NCBI GenBank assembly: GCA_045117555.1
Contig: JBGUNW010000178.1
Span: 1-40,581 of the forward strand
Direction: 5' to 3'
DNA from: Eubacteriales bacterium
GTDB taxonomy: Bacteria > Bacillota > Clostridia > Oscillospirales > CAG-272
Length of the DNA: 40,581 nucleotides
Shown here: positions 33,374-40,581 of the stretch, in pieces
Numbering within the stretch: the stretch's first letter is position 1
How the letters are laid out: every line of letters starts with the position of its first letter
The notes under the pieces: model-generated
Databases searched by the model: none
What the model was told of the DNA's origin: nothing
What the model saw: only the letters and a program-made list of their open reading frames with translations
Position numbers and translations under genes: made by a program

Positions 33374-34513
33374 ATGAACCAAGACGTTCTGATTCAATTA
33401 AGCGGGATTTCCAAGGCGTTTGACGGCGAGACCGTTCTGGACAACATGGATCTGGAAATCCATGACAAAGAGTTCGTAACGCTCCTCGGCCCTTCCGGCT
33501 GCGGGAAAACCACCACTCTGCGGATCATCGGCGGGTTTGAAACGCCGGACGCGGGGGATGTTTTTTTTGACGGCAATCGGATCAACGATCTGCCCCCCTA
33601 CAAGCGGCAGGTCAACACGGTGTTCCAGCGGTACGCGCTGTTCCCGCACCTCAACGTTTACGATAACGTGGCGTTCGGCCTGCGTCTTTCCCACGTTCCG
33701 AAGGCGGAAATTGAAACGCGCGTAAAAGAAATGCTGGAAATGACCGGCCTGCGCGGATTTGAGACCCGCAAACCGAACACGCTTTCGGGCGGCCAGCAGC
33801 AGCGCGTTGCCATTGCCCGCGCGCTGGTCAATCAGCCGCGCGTGCTGTTGTTGGACGAACCGCTCGGCGCGCTGGATTTGAAACTGCGCAAGGATATGCA
33901 AAACGAGCTCAAACGCATCCAGCACGCCACCGGCATCACCTTTATTTACGTCACGCACGATCAGGAAGAGGCGCTTTCCATGTCGGATACCGTTGTGGTC
34001 ATGTCCCGCGGAAAGATCCAGCAGATCGGCACGCCTACCGATATTTACAACGAGCCGGTCAACGCCTTCGTTGCCGACTTCATCGGTGAATCCAACATTC
34101 TGGACGGCGTAATGATCGCCGACCGCAAGGCCAAATTTGCCGGACAAACCTTCGCTTGTGTGGACGAGGGCTTCGATCCCAACGAGCCGGTGGATATTGT
34201 CATTCGCCCCGAGGACGTGGACGTTGTGCCGACGGAGAAAGGGATGCTTTCCGGCAAGGTTTCCTCGGTCACCTTCAAAGGCGACTACTACGAGATCATT
34301 GTGGATATCCGCGGGTTCAAATGGATGATCGAAACCTCGGATTACGTTGCCCCCGAAACCACCATCGGTCTTTCCATCGACCCGGACGCCATTCACGTCA
34401 TGAAAAAATCCGAGTATTCGGGAATGTTCGGCGACTATTCCACCTTCTCCGAGGAAATGGATCACCTCTCGGATCCCGATGCCGGGCAGGGCACGGAGGA
34501 AGCGGCCGAATGA
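33374..34513 (+). CDS. potA: Spermidine/putrescine ABC transporter ATP-binding protein
   Basis: Walker [12 protein letters not shown], signature [15 protein letters not shown], Walker [12 protein letters not shown], and a PotA-type C-terminal regulatory domain. Confidence 0.93.
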   Translation: MNQDVLIQLSGISKAFDGETVLDNMDLEIHDKEFVTLLGPSGCGKTTTLRIIGGFETPDAGDVFFDGNRINDLPPYKRQVNTVFQRYALFPHLNVYDNVAFGLRLSHVPKAEIETRVKEMLEMTGLRGFETRKPNTLSGGQQQRVAIARALVNQPRVLLLDEPLGALDLKLRKDMQNELKRIQHATGITFIYVTHDQEEALSMSDTVVVMSRGKIQQIGTPTDIYNEPVNAFVADFIGESNILDGVMIADRKAKFAGQTFACVDEGFDPNEPVDIVIRPEDVDVVPTEKGMLSGKVSSVTFKGDYYEIIVDIRGFKWMIETSDYVAPETTIGLSIDPDAIHVMKKSEYSGMFGDYSTFSEEMDHLSDPDAGQGTEEAAE

Positions 34514-35346
34514 AAAAAAAGCTTTCGCTTTTGGAGCGTATGGCGGCGGTTCCGCACATCGTGTGGATCGCGCTGTTCATCGTCGGGCCGATGCTGTTTG
34601 TGCTTTATTTTGCATTTACCGATAAGAACAATCAGTTTTCGTTCTCCAATATCGGTCAGCTCGGCAACTATTCGCATATTTTTCTGCTCTCGGTTCTGTT
34701 TGCCCTTATCGCAACGGCCGTCTGCCTGTTGATCGGCTATCCGCTTGCCTATTTTATGGCAAGGTCCAAGCCCTCCACGCAAAGAATATTGATGATTTTG
34801 CTGATGCTCCCGATGTGGGTCAGCCTGCTCATCCGCACCTATTCGCTTTTGGTGCTGTTGGATAACGGCGGCCTGATCAACTCGCTGCTCAAAGCAATGG
34901 GGCGCAAGGAGCCGCTCAAAATCATCGGCACCGGCTTTGCGGTTGTACTGGGTATGATCTACGATTTTCTGCCCTATATGGTGCTGCCCATTTACACCTC
35001 TATTTCCAAGCTGGACAATCGCTACCTGGAAGCGGCGGCCGATCTTGGCTGTACCCCGGTGGGAACCATTTTCCGCGTGGTGCTGCCCCTGACCGTTCCC
35101 GGCATTCTTTCGGGCGTTACCATGGTGTTCGTCCCATCCATTTCCACCTTCTATATTTCACAAAAGCTGGGCGGCGGAAAAATGGAGCTGATTGGCGATA
35201 CCATTGAGCGGCAGTTCAAACAGGCAACGGCAAACGCCTACCACGTCGGCGCGGCGCTCTCGCTTGTAATGATGATCCTGATTCTGATTTCCACCTTGAT
35301 CATGAACAAGATCTCCGACGGTGACGAAGGAGGTATGTTGGTATGA
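34510..35346 (+). CDS. potB: Spermidine/putrescine ABC transporter permease
   Basis: The start [10 protein letters not shown]... overlaps the potA stop (ATGA). EAA-type loop [21 protein letters not shown]. The track ORF extends upstream inside potA in another frame. Confidence 0.9.
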   Translation: MKKKLSLLERMAAVPHIVWIALFIVGPMLFVLYFAFTDKNNQFSFSNIGQLGNYSHIFLLSVLFALIATAVCLLIGYPLAYFMARSKPSTQRILMILLMLPMWVSLLIRTYSLLVLLDNGGLINSLLKAMGRKEPLKIIGTGFAVVLGMIYDFLPYMVLPIYTSISKLDNRYLEAAADLGCTPVGTIFRVVLPLTVPGILSGVTMVFVPSISTFYISQKLGGGKMELIGDTIERQFKQATANAYHVGAALSLVMMILILISTLIMNKISDGDEGGMLV

Positions 35347-36152
35347 AGGTGTTTTCCAAAATTTATCTTGTTCTCATCTTCCTGTTGCTCTACGCGCCCA
35401 TTCTGGTATTGATCGTTTTTTCGTTCAACGAGAAAGGGTCCTTTGCCGCTTACACCGGCGTTTCCCTCAAATGGTACCGTGAGCTGTTCCGCGATTCCAC
35501 CGCGTTGGATTCTCTGCGCAATTCGCTGGTGCTGGCCGTCAGCTCGGCGGCCGTGGCAACCGGGATCGGCACCTTCGCGGCGCTGGGGCTGGATCGGATG
35601 CGCCTGCGTTGGCTCAAAAACAGCATTTCGGCCGTGACCAATATTCCAATGATGAACCCGGATATCGTTACCGGCGTTTCGATGATGTTGTTGTTCGTGG
35701 CGGTGGGCGGCATTCTGCAAACCGATCTGACCGGCTTTTTCAGTATGTTGATCGCCCATATCACGTTCAGCCTGCCGTACGTTATTCTTTCCATTCTGCC
35801 GCGCTTCAAGCAGTTTGACCGCTCCTTGCGCGAAGCGGCGATGGATTTGGGCTGTACGCCGGCGCAAAGCTTTTTCAAAATCGAGTTCCCGCATATTCTG
35901 CCGGGAATTGTGACCGGTTTTATTATGGCGTTCACCCTTTCGCTGGACGATTTCGTCATCAGCCATTTCGTCAGCTCGCCCGACTTTGTTACCCTGCCGC
36001 TCTATATTTACAACCAGACGGCGCACAAGGTCAAGTACAGTATGTACGCGCTTTGCACGCTCATCATTCTTGCCATTCTGGTTCTGCTTCTGCTGGTCAA
36101 TTTCGTCAGCGGGATCGGTGCGCGCGGCAAACGGAAAAAGGGAATTGTTTAA
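35343..36152 (+). CDS. potC: Spermidine/putrescine ABC transporter permease
   Basis: ATGA overlap with potB; EAA loop REAAMDLGCTPAQSFFKIEFP. Confidence 0.9.
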   Translation: MKVFSKIYLVLIFLLLYAPILVLIVFSFNEKGSFAAYTGVSLKWYRELFRDSTALDSLRNSLVLAVSSAAVATGIGTFAALGLDRMRLRWLKNSISAVTNIPMMNPDIVTGVSMMLLFVAVGGILQTDLTGFFSMLIAHITFSLPYVILSILPRFKQFDRSLREAAMDLGCTPAQSFFKIEFPHILPGIVTGFIMAFTLSLDDFVISHFVSSPDFVTLPLYIYNQTAHKVKYSMYALCTLIILAILVLLLLVNFVSGIGARGKRKKGIV

Positions 36153-36171
36153 AGAAAGGAATATATAAAAA

Positions 36172-37284
36172 ATGAAAAAAATTATCTGTCTCGTTCTTGC
36201 GGTTTTTCTGCTGTTGCCCGCGCTGGCGCTTTCCTCCTGCGGCGAAAAGGCAACCACGCTTTATGTTTACAACTGGGGCGAATATATTTCCGACGGCGCC
36301 GAAGACTCCTACAATACCAACAAGGAATTTGAAGCCTGGTATTTTGAAACCTACGGCGAGCGCGTCAAGGTCAACTACACCACCTACGACTCCAACGAGG
36401 ATATGTACGCCAAAATTTCGGGCGGCGGGACCAAGTACGATATCGTCATTCCCTCGGACTATATGATCGCCAGGATGATCAAAGAGGGAATGCTCCGCAA
36501 GATCAACAAAGAGAACATTCCCAACCTGAAAAACATCGATCTTTCCCCCGTCTTTGGCGAGGCGAAGCCCTACTATGACCCCGAGCAGGAGTATTCGGTC
36601 CCCTATACCTACGGCACCGTGGGCATTATTTACGATACCACCAAGGTGGCCGAGGAGGATCTGACCGGCTGGGATCTGATGTGGAACGAGAAATACAAGG
36701 GCGACATTCTGCAATTCAACAACTCGCGCGACGCCTTTGCAACCGCAATGTTCAAGCTGGGTTACAGCGTCAACACCACCGACGAAGCCCAGTGGCGCGC
36801 GGCGCTGGAAGAGCTGAAAACGCAACGCACCAAATGCGACCCCGGCTACGTGATGGACGACGTGTTCAACAAAATGGAAACCGGATCCGCTGCCATTGCC
36901 CCCTACTACGCCGGCGACTTTTTGACGATGTACGAGGAAAATGATAACCTTGCCCTGTTCTATCCGCCCGAAGGCACCAATATTTATGTGGACGCCATGT
37001 GCATTCTGAACACCAGCAAGAATCCCGAAATTGCCGAGCGGTATATCAATTTTATGCTCTCCGAGGAGCCTGCCATTGCCAACGCCGAGGCAACCTACTA
37101 CGCTTCCCCCAACAAGCTGGTGGTCAACAGCGAGGTTTACAAGAGCGATATGGCCGAGGTGCACGAGGATGTAATGGATATTCTGTACGGCACCAGTGAA
37201 ATTCCAATGCAGTTCTATGAAAACCTGCCCGATGAAACGCTCGAACTGATCAACGAGCTTTGGGAAAAGGTGAAAATCAATTAA
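36172..37284 (+). CDS. potD: Spermidine/putrescine-binding lipoprotein
   Basis: Lipobox LALSSCGE. PotD-like motifs LYVYNWGEYI and YDIVIPSDYM. Confidence 0.9.
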   Translation: MKKIICLVLAVFLLLPALALSSCGEKATTLYVYNWGEYISDGAEDSYNTNKEFEAWYFETYGERVKVNYTTYDSNEDMYAKISGGGTKYDIVIPSDYMIARMIKEGMLRKINKENIPNLKNIDLSPVFGEAKPYYDPEQEYSVPYTYGTVGIIYDTTKVAEEDLTGWDLMWNEKYKGDILQFNNSRDAFATAMFKLGYSVNTTDEAQWRAALEELKTQRTKCDPGYVMDDVFNKMETGSAAIAPYYAGDFLTMYEENDNLALFYPPEGTNIYVDAMCILNTSKNPEIAERYINFMLSEEPAIANAEATYYASPNKLVVNSEVYKSDMAEVHEDVMDILYGTSEIPMQFYENLPDETLELINELWEKVKIN

Positions 37285-37295
37285 AAAGCAAAAAA

Positions 37296-37339
37296 GCGAA
37301 GGGGAACCGATTTTCGGGTTCCCCTTCGCCTTTCTTTTG
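37296..37339 (+). terminator. Rho-independent terminator of potABCD
   Basis: 13-bp stem GCGAAGGGGAACC / GGTTCCCCTTCGC followed by CTTTCTTTTG. Confidence 0.85.
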
Positions 37340-37350
37340 CCCGTTCTCCC

Positions 37351-37379
37351 TTGACAGCGAAAGGGGAGTGTGGTAGAAT
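37351..37379 (+). promoter_or_regulatory. Sigma-A type promoter of the three-gene ABC module
   Basis: TTGACA (37351-37356), a 17-nt spacer, then TGG-TAGAAT (37374-37379). Confidence 0.7.
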
Positions 37380-37417
37380 AGAAAACGAAAAATCAAGGCA
37401 AGACAGGAGGAAAAAGC

Positions 37418-38104
37418 ATGAACTTCAAACTGTTTTGGAAAAAGACCAACCGCGGGCTTTGGCTTGGTCTTGTTCTGCTCGTTGCGCTGGCTGTGTTCAT
37501 CATCATCAGCGAGGTCAGCTTCGGCTTGCAGAAAAAAGAGATCAACGCAACGGCAAAGGAGTATGCGCAGGCGCTTCTTTCGGTCAACCTCGTCGAGGGT
37601 GAGCTCGGAGAGGACGGATACCTGACCGAGGCGCAAAAAGCGACGCAAAAGGCGGCGCTGGATCGGATTGCCAAGGACTACTGGTACACCGGAAGCGCAG
37701 ATATCAATTCGCGCAACTACGATCTTGCAACGCTGAACGGGATTTTAAGCGAATGGCAAGCGGCAATGCCCGGCAAGGTAACGGCCATTCTTTACCAGAG
37801 CGCCGATTGGGAGGTTTCCATCACGCGCGACGGTCCCGGCAGAGTGCTGGTTGTTCTGACCACCGACCAAATGGAGGTGCGTGGCGAGGGCGCAACGGTC
37901 AAAGGCGGGGCCGAGGACGGCGCGCTGTTTCCCGTGCCGGTTGCGGGAAGAGTTGCCGGCGAGGGTGAATGGAGCGCGAATTGCAGCGTTTCCTTCTCTT
38001 TGGAGCTTTTGCGCCGCGGCGGGAAATGGCTGGTTGCCGGAATGAACGCGAACGTAGGATCGGGCTACTATTTCGGCTACGGCCTGCTCGGAATGTTGAG
38101 CTGA
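37418..38104 (+). CDS. Hypothetical membrane-anchored protein (single N-terminal TM helix, about 190-aa extracytoplasmic part)
   Basis: SD CAGGAGG. TM helix GLWLGLVLLVALAVFIIIS. I recognise no family; the beta-rich C-terminal part (...CSVSFSLELLRRGGKWLVAG) is vaguely NTF2-like. Confidence 0.7.
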   Translation: MNFKLFWKKTNRGLWLGLVLLVALAVFIIISEVSFGLQKKEINATAKEYAQALLSVNLVEGELGEDGYLTEAQKATQKAALDRIAKDYWYTGSADINSRNYDLATLNGILSEWQAAMPGKVTAILYQSADWEVSITRDGPGRVLVVLTTDQMEVRGEGATVKGGAEDGALFPVPVAGRVAGEGEWSANCSVSFSLELLRRGGKWLVAGMNANVGSGYYFGYGLLGMLS

Positions 38105-38118
38105 AAGGGGGAAAAGCA

Positions 38119-39078
38119 ATGACGATGGAGAAAAAGCATCCCGTTCTGCAAATTTCCCATTTGGATAAAACGCTGGGAAAGCGCAGGATTTTGAAGGACG
38201 TCAGCTTTGAAACGTACAGCGGCGAAGTGTTCGGCTTTTTGGGGCCGAACGGCGCCGGCAAAACGACCACAATTAAAATCGTTGTCGGACTTCTCATGCT
38301 TGACGAAGGGGAGATCACCATTGACGGCTTTGATTTGCGCCGGCAGTTTGAAAAGGCCATGGCGCTGGTGGGCGGCATTGTGGAGAATCCCGAATTTTAT
38401 CCCTATCTTTCGGGGTACGACAACCTGAAAATTTACGCCGACGCGCACGGCGGCATTGGCGAGGAGCGCATTGCCGAGGTGGTGCGCATGGTGGGGTTGG
38501 AAAACCGGATCAAGGAAAAGGTAGGCCGCTATTCGCTGGGTATGCGCCAGCGGCTGGGCGTTGCGCAGGCCATTCTGCACCGCCCGCAGCTTTTGGTGCT
38601 TGACGAGCCCACCAATGGGCTGGATCCTGCCGGAACCAAGAGCTTGCGCGATCTGATCCGCAAGCTCGCCCACGAGGAGGGCATCTCGGTGCTCGTTTCC
38701 AGCCATCTGATGAGCGAAATGGAAATGATGTGCGACCGCGTAGGCATTATTACCGACGGCGTTTTGCGCTCGGTAAAACCCATTGACCAAATGATTGCCG
38801 CCGCGGCGCCCGACCGGGCGATCTATCTGTTCCGCGTAGGTGACGCCGCCGCGGCGGCAGAGGTGCTTTCTGCCGTGGAAGGCGTTGAAAAGAAGATCAA
38901 CGAAAACGGCGAGTTGGAGGTCACGCTTCCCGCGGCGCGGGAAGAAGACCTGCTTGCCGAAATCAACCGCATATTGGTTGAAAAAGGCGTTCGCCTTTAC
39001 ACGGTAACGAAAAAGGAGCACCGCCGCTTGGAGGACGTCTTTATCGAAGTGACGAAAGGGGGCGACCAAATTGGCTGA
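38119..39078 (+). CDS. ABC transporter ATP-binding protein (ABC-2/CcmA-type exporter ATPase)
   Basis: The ATG at 38119 (MTMEKKHPVLQISHL...) lies 14 nt after the upstream stop. Walker A GPNGAGKTTT, signature YSLGMRQRLGVAQAI, Walker B LLVLDEPTNGLD. Confidence 0.92.
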   Translation: MTMEKKHPVLQISHLDKTLGKRRILKDVSFETYSGEVFGFLGPNGAGKTTTIKIVVGLLMLDEGEITIDGFDLRRQFEKAMALVGGIVENPEFYPYLSGYDNLKIYADAHGGIGEERIAEVVRMVGLENRIKEKVGRYSLGMRQRLGVAQAILHRPQLLVLDEPTNGLDPAGTKSLRDLIRKLAHEEGISVLVSSHLMSEMEMMCDRVGIITDGVLRSVKPIDQMIAAAAPDRAIYLFRVGDAAAAAEVLSAVEGVEKKINENGELEVTLPAAREEDLLAEINRILVEKGVRLYTVTKKEHRRLEDVFIEVTKGGDQIG

Positions 39079-40495
39079 ATTCTGGGCTTTGGTTGGAAAT
39101 GAAAATCTCAAACTCCGCCGCCGGAAACTCATCTGGATCGCGCTGATCGTCATTGTGGTCGTTTCGCTCGGTTTTTCGGCGCTGATCGGCATTTTTACGA
39201 ACGTATTGAGCGATTTCGACTATAACACGATCTCCGATTTTCCGGATTTTTGCGAAAGAGAGATCGAGTACGTACAGGAACAAATGCAGAACACCTCTGA
39301 CCCCGAGCTTCGCGCAAGCTACCAAACGGATATTTACCAATATCGCATTCTTTTGGATTGCGTGAACGATTCAGGTGATTGGCGCTATACAACCGGAATT
39401 GCCGCGCGGTATGCCGAGGCGAAAACGGCGGGCGACGAGGACCTTGCCGCGCGGTTGGAGCGGCTTATCCGGGCCGACGACTACCTTGGCTATTACCGCT
39501 ACCTGATCGAGGAAAACGAAACCCGGTACGCCGCGAACCCGGCGCTTGCCGAGGCGGCCAACGCGGGATATCGGTTTTGCGTTCAGAACGGGGTCAAACC
39601 GGAAGGCAGGGATTGGCGGTACGGGACCGCCATGGAAATGGCCGACGCGCTTTTGAATCTGCGCTGGGCGGAGGCATACGCCGAAACCAATCCCGAATCG
39701 ATGCGCGAAACGGTGGAAACGGCGAAAAACCGCTATGCCCTGCTCCAATACCGCTTGGATAACAACATTCGCGTCAATCCCGGCGATTCCTTCAAGCTTT
39801 TCAACGTCCTGCAAGGGCTTGATCGCGGAACCACGCAGTCCAGCCGACTGTGGGATACGCTGAATACCACGCTTTCCATGACCTCCGTCGTGCTGATTTT
39901 CAGCGTTATTCTGGCGGCGGGCATGGTGGCAAGTGAGTTTGGCAAGGGGACGATCAAATTTTTGCTCATCACACCGGCCGCGCGTTGGAAAATCCTGCTT
40001 TCCAAATATTGCGCGCTGCTCATCAACACAGGGCTGTTTTTTATCGTTCTGCTGTTCGGCAATCTGCTGTTCGGCATCCTGTTCTGCGGCGGGGGAGATT
40101 TCTTCCTGCCCATTCTCACGGCCGCCGGCGGTGAGATCAAACGCTCCTCGCCCATTCTGCTTCTTTTGGGCAACTATTTGTTGGAGCTTGTGGGTATACT
40201 GGTCATGTCAACGCTCGCGTTTATGATCTCCTCGCTGTTTCGCAACGCCGGCGCGGCGGTGGGCATCAGTTTGCTCATCATGTACGGCGGCAACACCGTC
40301 AATTCCATTCTTGCGCTGGCAGGAGCCGATTGGGGAAGATATCTGATTTTTGCCAACATCAACCTTTCCCAAATTTTGCGCGGCGTGTCGGTGTTCCCGC
40401 ACCAGAATATCGGAACGGCGGTCGTGGTTCTGGTGTTGCACATGGTCGTGTTCCTGTGGACGGCGTTTGACGCGTTCGACCGCAAAGAAATTTAA
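39071..40495 (+). CDS. ABC-2 family permease with a large insert between TM1 and TM2
   Basis: The TTG start at 39071 overlaps the ATPase stop by 8 nt, and AAGGGGG lies 8 nt upstream. TM1 is residues about 19-46, a helical soluble region about 47-265, then 5 hydrophobic segments. Confidence 0.78.
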   Translation: MAEFWALVGNENLKLRRRKLIWIALIVIVVVSLGFSALIGIFTNVLSDFDYNTISDFPDFCEREIEYVQEQMQNTSDPELRASYQTDIYQYRILLDCVNDSGDWRYTTGIAARYAEAKTAGDEDLAARLERLIRADDYLGYYRYLIEENETRYAANPALAEAANAGYRFCVQNGVKPEGRDWRYGTAMEMADALLNLRWAEAYAETNPESMRETVETAKNRYALLQYRLDNNIRVNPGDSFKLFNVLQGLDRGTTQSSRLWDTLNTTLSMTSVVLIFSVILAAGMVASEFGKGTIKFLLITPAARWKILLSKYCALLINTGLFFIVLLFGNLLFGILFCGGGDFFLPILTAAGGEIKRSSPILLLLGNYLLELVGILVMSTLAFMISSLFRNAGAAVGISLLIMYGGNTVNSILALAGADWGRYLIFANINLSQILRGVSVFPHQNIGTAVVVLVLHMVVFLWTAFDAFDRKEI

Positions 40496-40507
40496 GCAAT
40501 TCCCGTT

Positions 40508-40538
40508 GGGGGGCGCCGGGCCGGCGCGCCCCTTTTTT
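40508..40538 (+). terminator. Rho-independent terminator of the ABC module
   Basis: GC-rich hairpin GGGGCGC...GCGCCCC followed by TTTTTT, with a second small hairpin GGGGCG-AAACC-CGCCCC at 40539-40555. Confidence 0.7.
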
Positions 40539-40581
40539 GGGGCGAAACCCGCCCCCCGCCGGGTATAATTTAATAAAAAGA

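Noticed and set aside
33398-39192. Long minus-strand ORFs opposite potA (33398-34465), potC/potD (35238-36257, 36106-37164) and the ABC ATPase (38077-39192).
   Set aside because: For the same reason: they are antisense to genes with Walker/EAA/lipobox motifs and have no independent evidence.
1-40581. A window-wide search for CRISPR repeats, tRNA/rRNA/tmRNA-like structures, IS/transposase/integrase/phage genes, toxin-antitoxin pairs and known defence-system domains.
   Set aside because: None was seen. All intergenic gaps are at most 320 bp and are accounted for by promoters, leaders and terminators. No regularly spaced 25-40 bp repeats occur, and no ORF carries recombinase, nuclease-helicase or toxin-antitoxin-like motifs. 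The only GHKL+Toprim protein is a full-length GyrB/ParE homologue.

Overview
This 40.6-kb window is high-GC (roughly 55-60% by eye) and looks like a core chromosomal segment of a Gram-positive anaerobe, most plausibly Clostridia or an Oscillospiraceae-like lineage; that placement is inferred from gene content and SD/promoter style only. Nearly all of it is tightly packed housekeeping genes. In order: mutS (3' end)-mutL-tgt (+). A complete Bacillus-type glycogen operon glgB-C-D-A-P (-). rpsO-pnp plus a small unknown protein (-). An MGDG-synthase-like glycosyltransferase (-) and an orphan helical protein (-). A long mixed unit of dCMP deaminase-LMW phosphatase-rimI-tsaD-rex-dnaD/dnaB-like-dnaC/dnaI-like (-). 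A monocistronic GyrB/ParE-family subunit (-). murD-ynbB-lipoprotein-nifS (+), asd (-), a THUMP RNA methyltransferase (+), a small M50 protease (+), and potABCD (+). A three-gene ABC-2 exporter module (+) closes the window. Nine sigma-A-type promoters with exact 17-bp spacers (six with TGn extended -10) and about ten hairpin/T-tract terminators can be read directly and define the transcription units. I found no CRISPR array, tRNA/rRNA, transposase, integrase, phage genes or recognisable defence genes, and no convincing novel multi-gene system. The window is ordinary. The best second-look items are modest: (1) a structured potABCD leader with a hairpin/pseudoknot and an SD-equipped upstream ORF overlapping the potA start; (2) rex apparently co-transcribed with replication initiation/helicase-loader genes, preceded by unusual direct repeats; (3) the ABC-2 module, whose permease carries a large internally repeated insert; (4) phased repeats fused to the glg promoter; (5) an unpartnered, divergent type IIA topoisomerase B subunit. 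The many long ORFs antisense to real genes are GC-bias artefacts. All functional calls rest on motif recognition by eye, since no searches were run.
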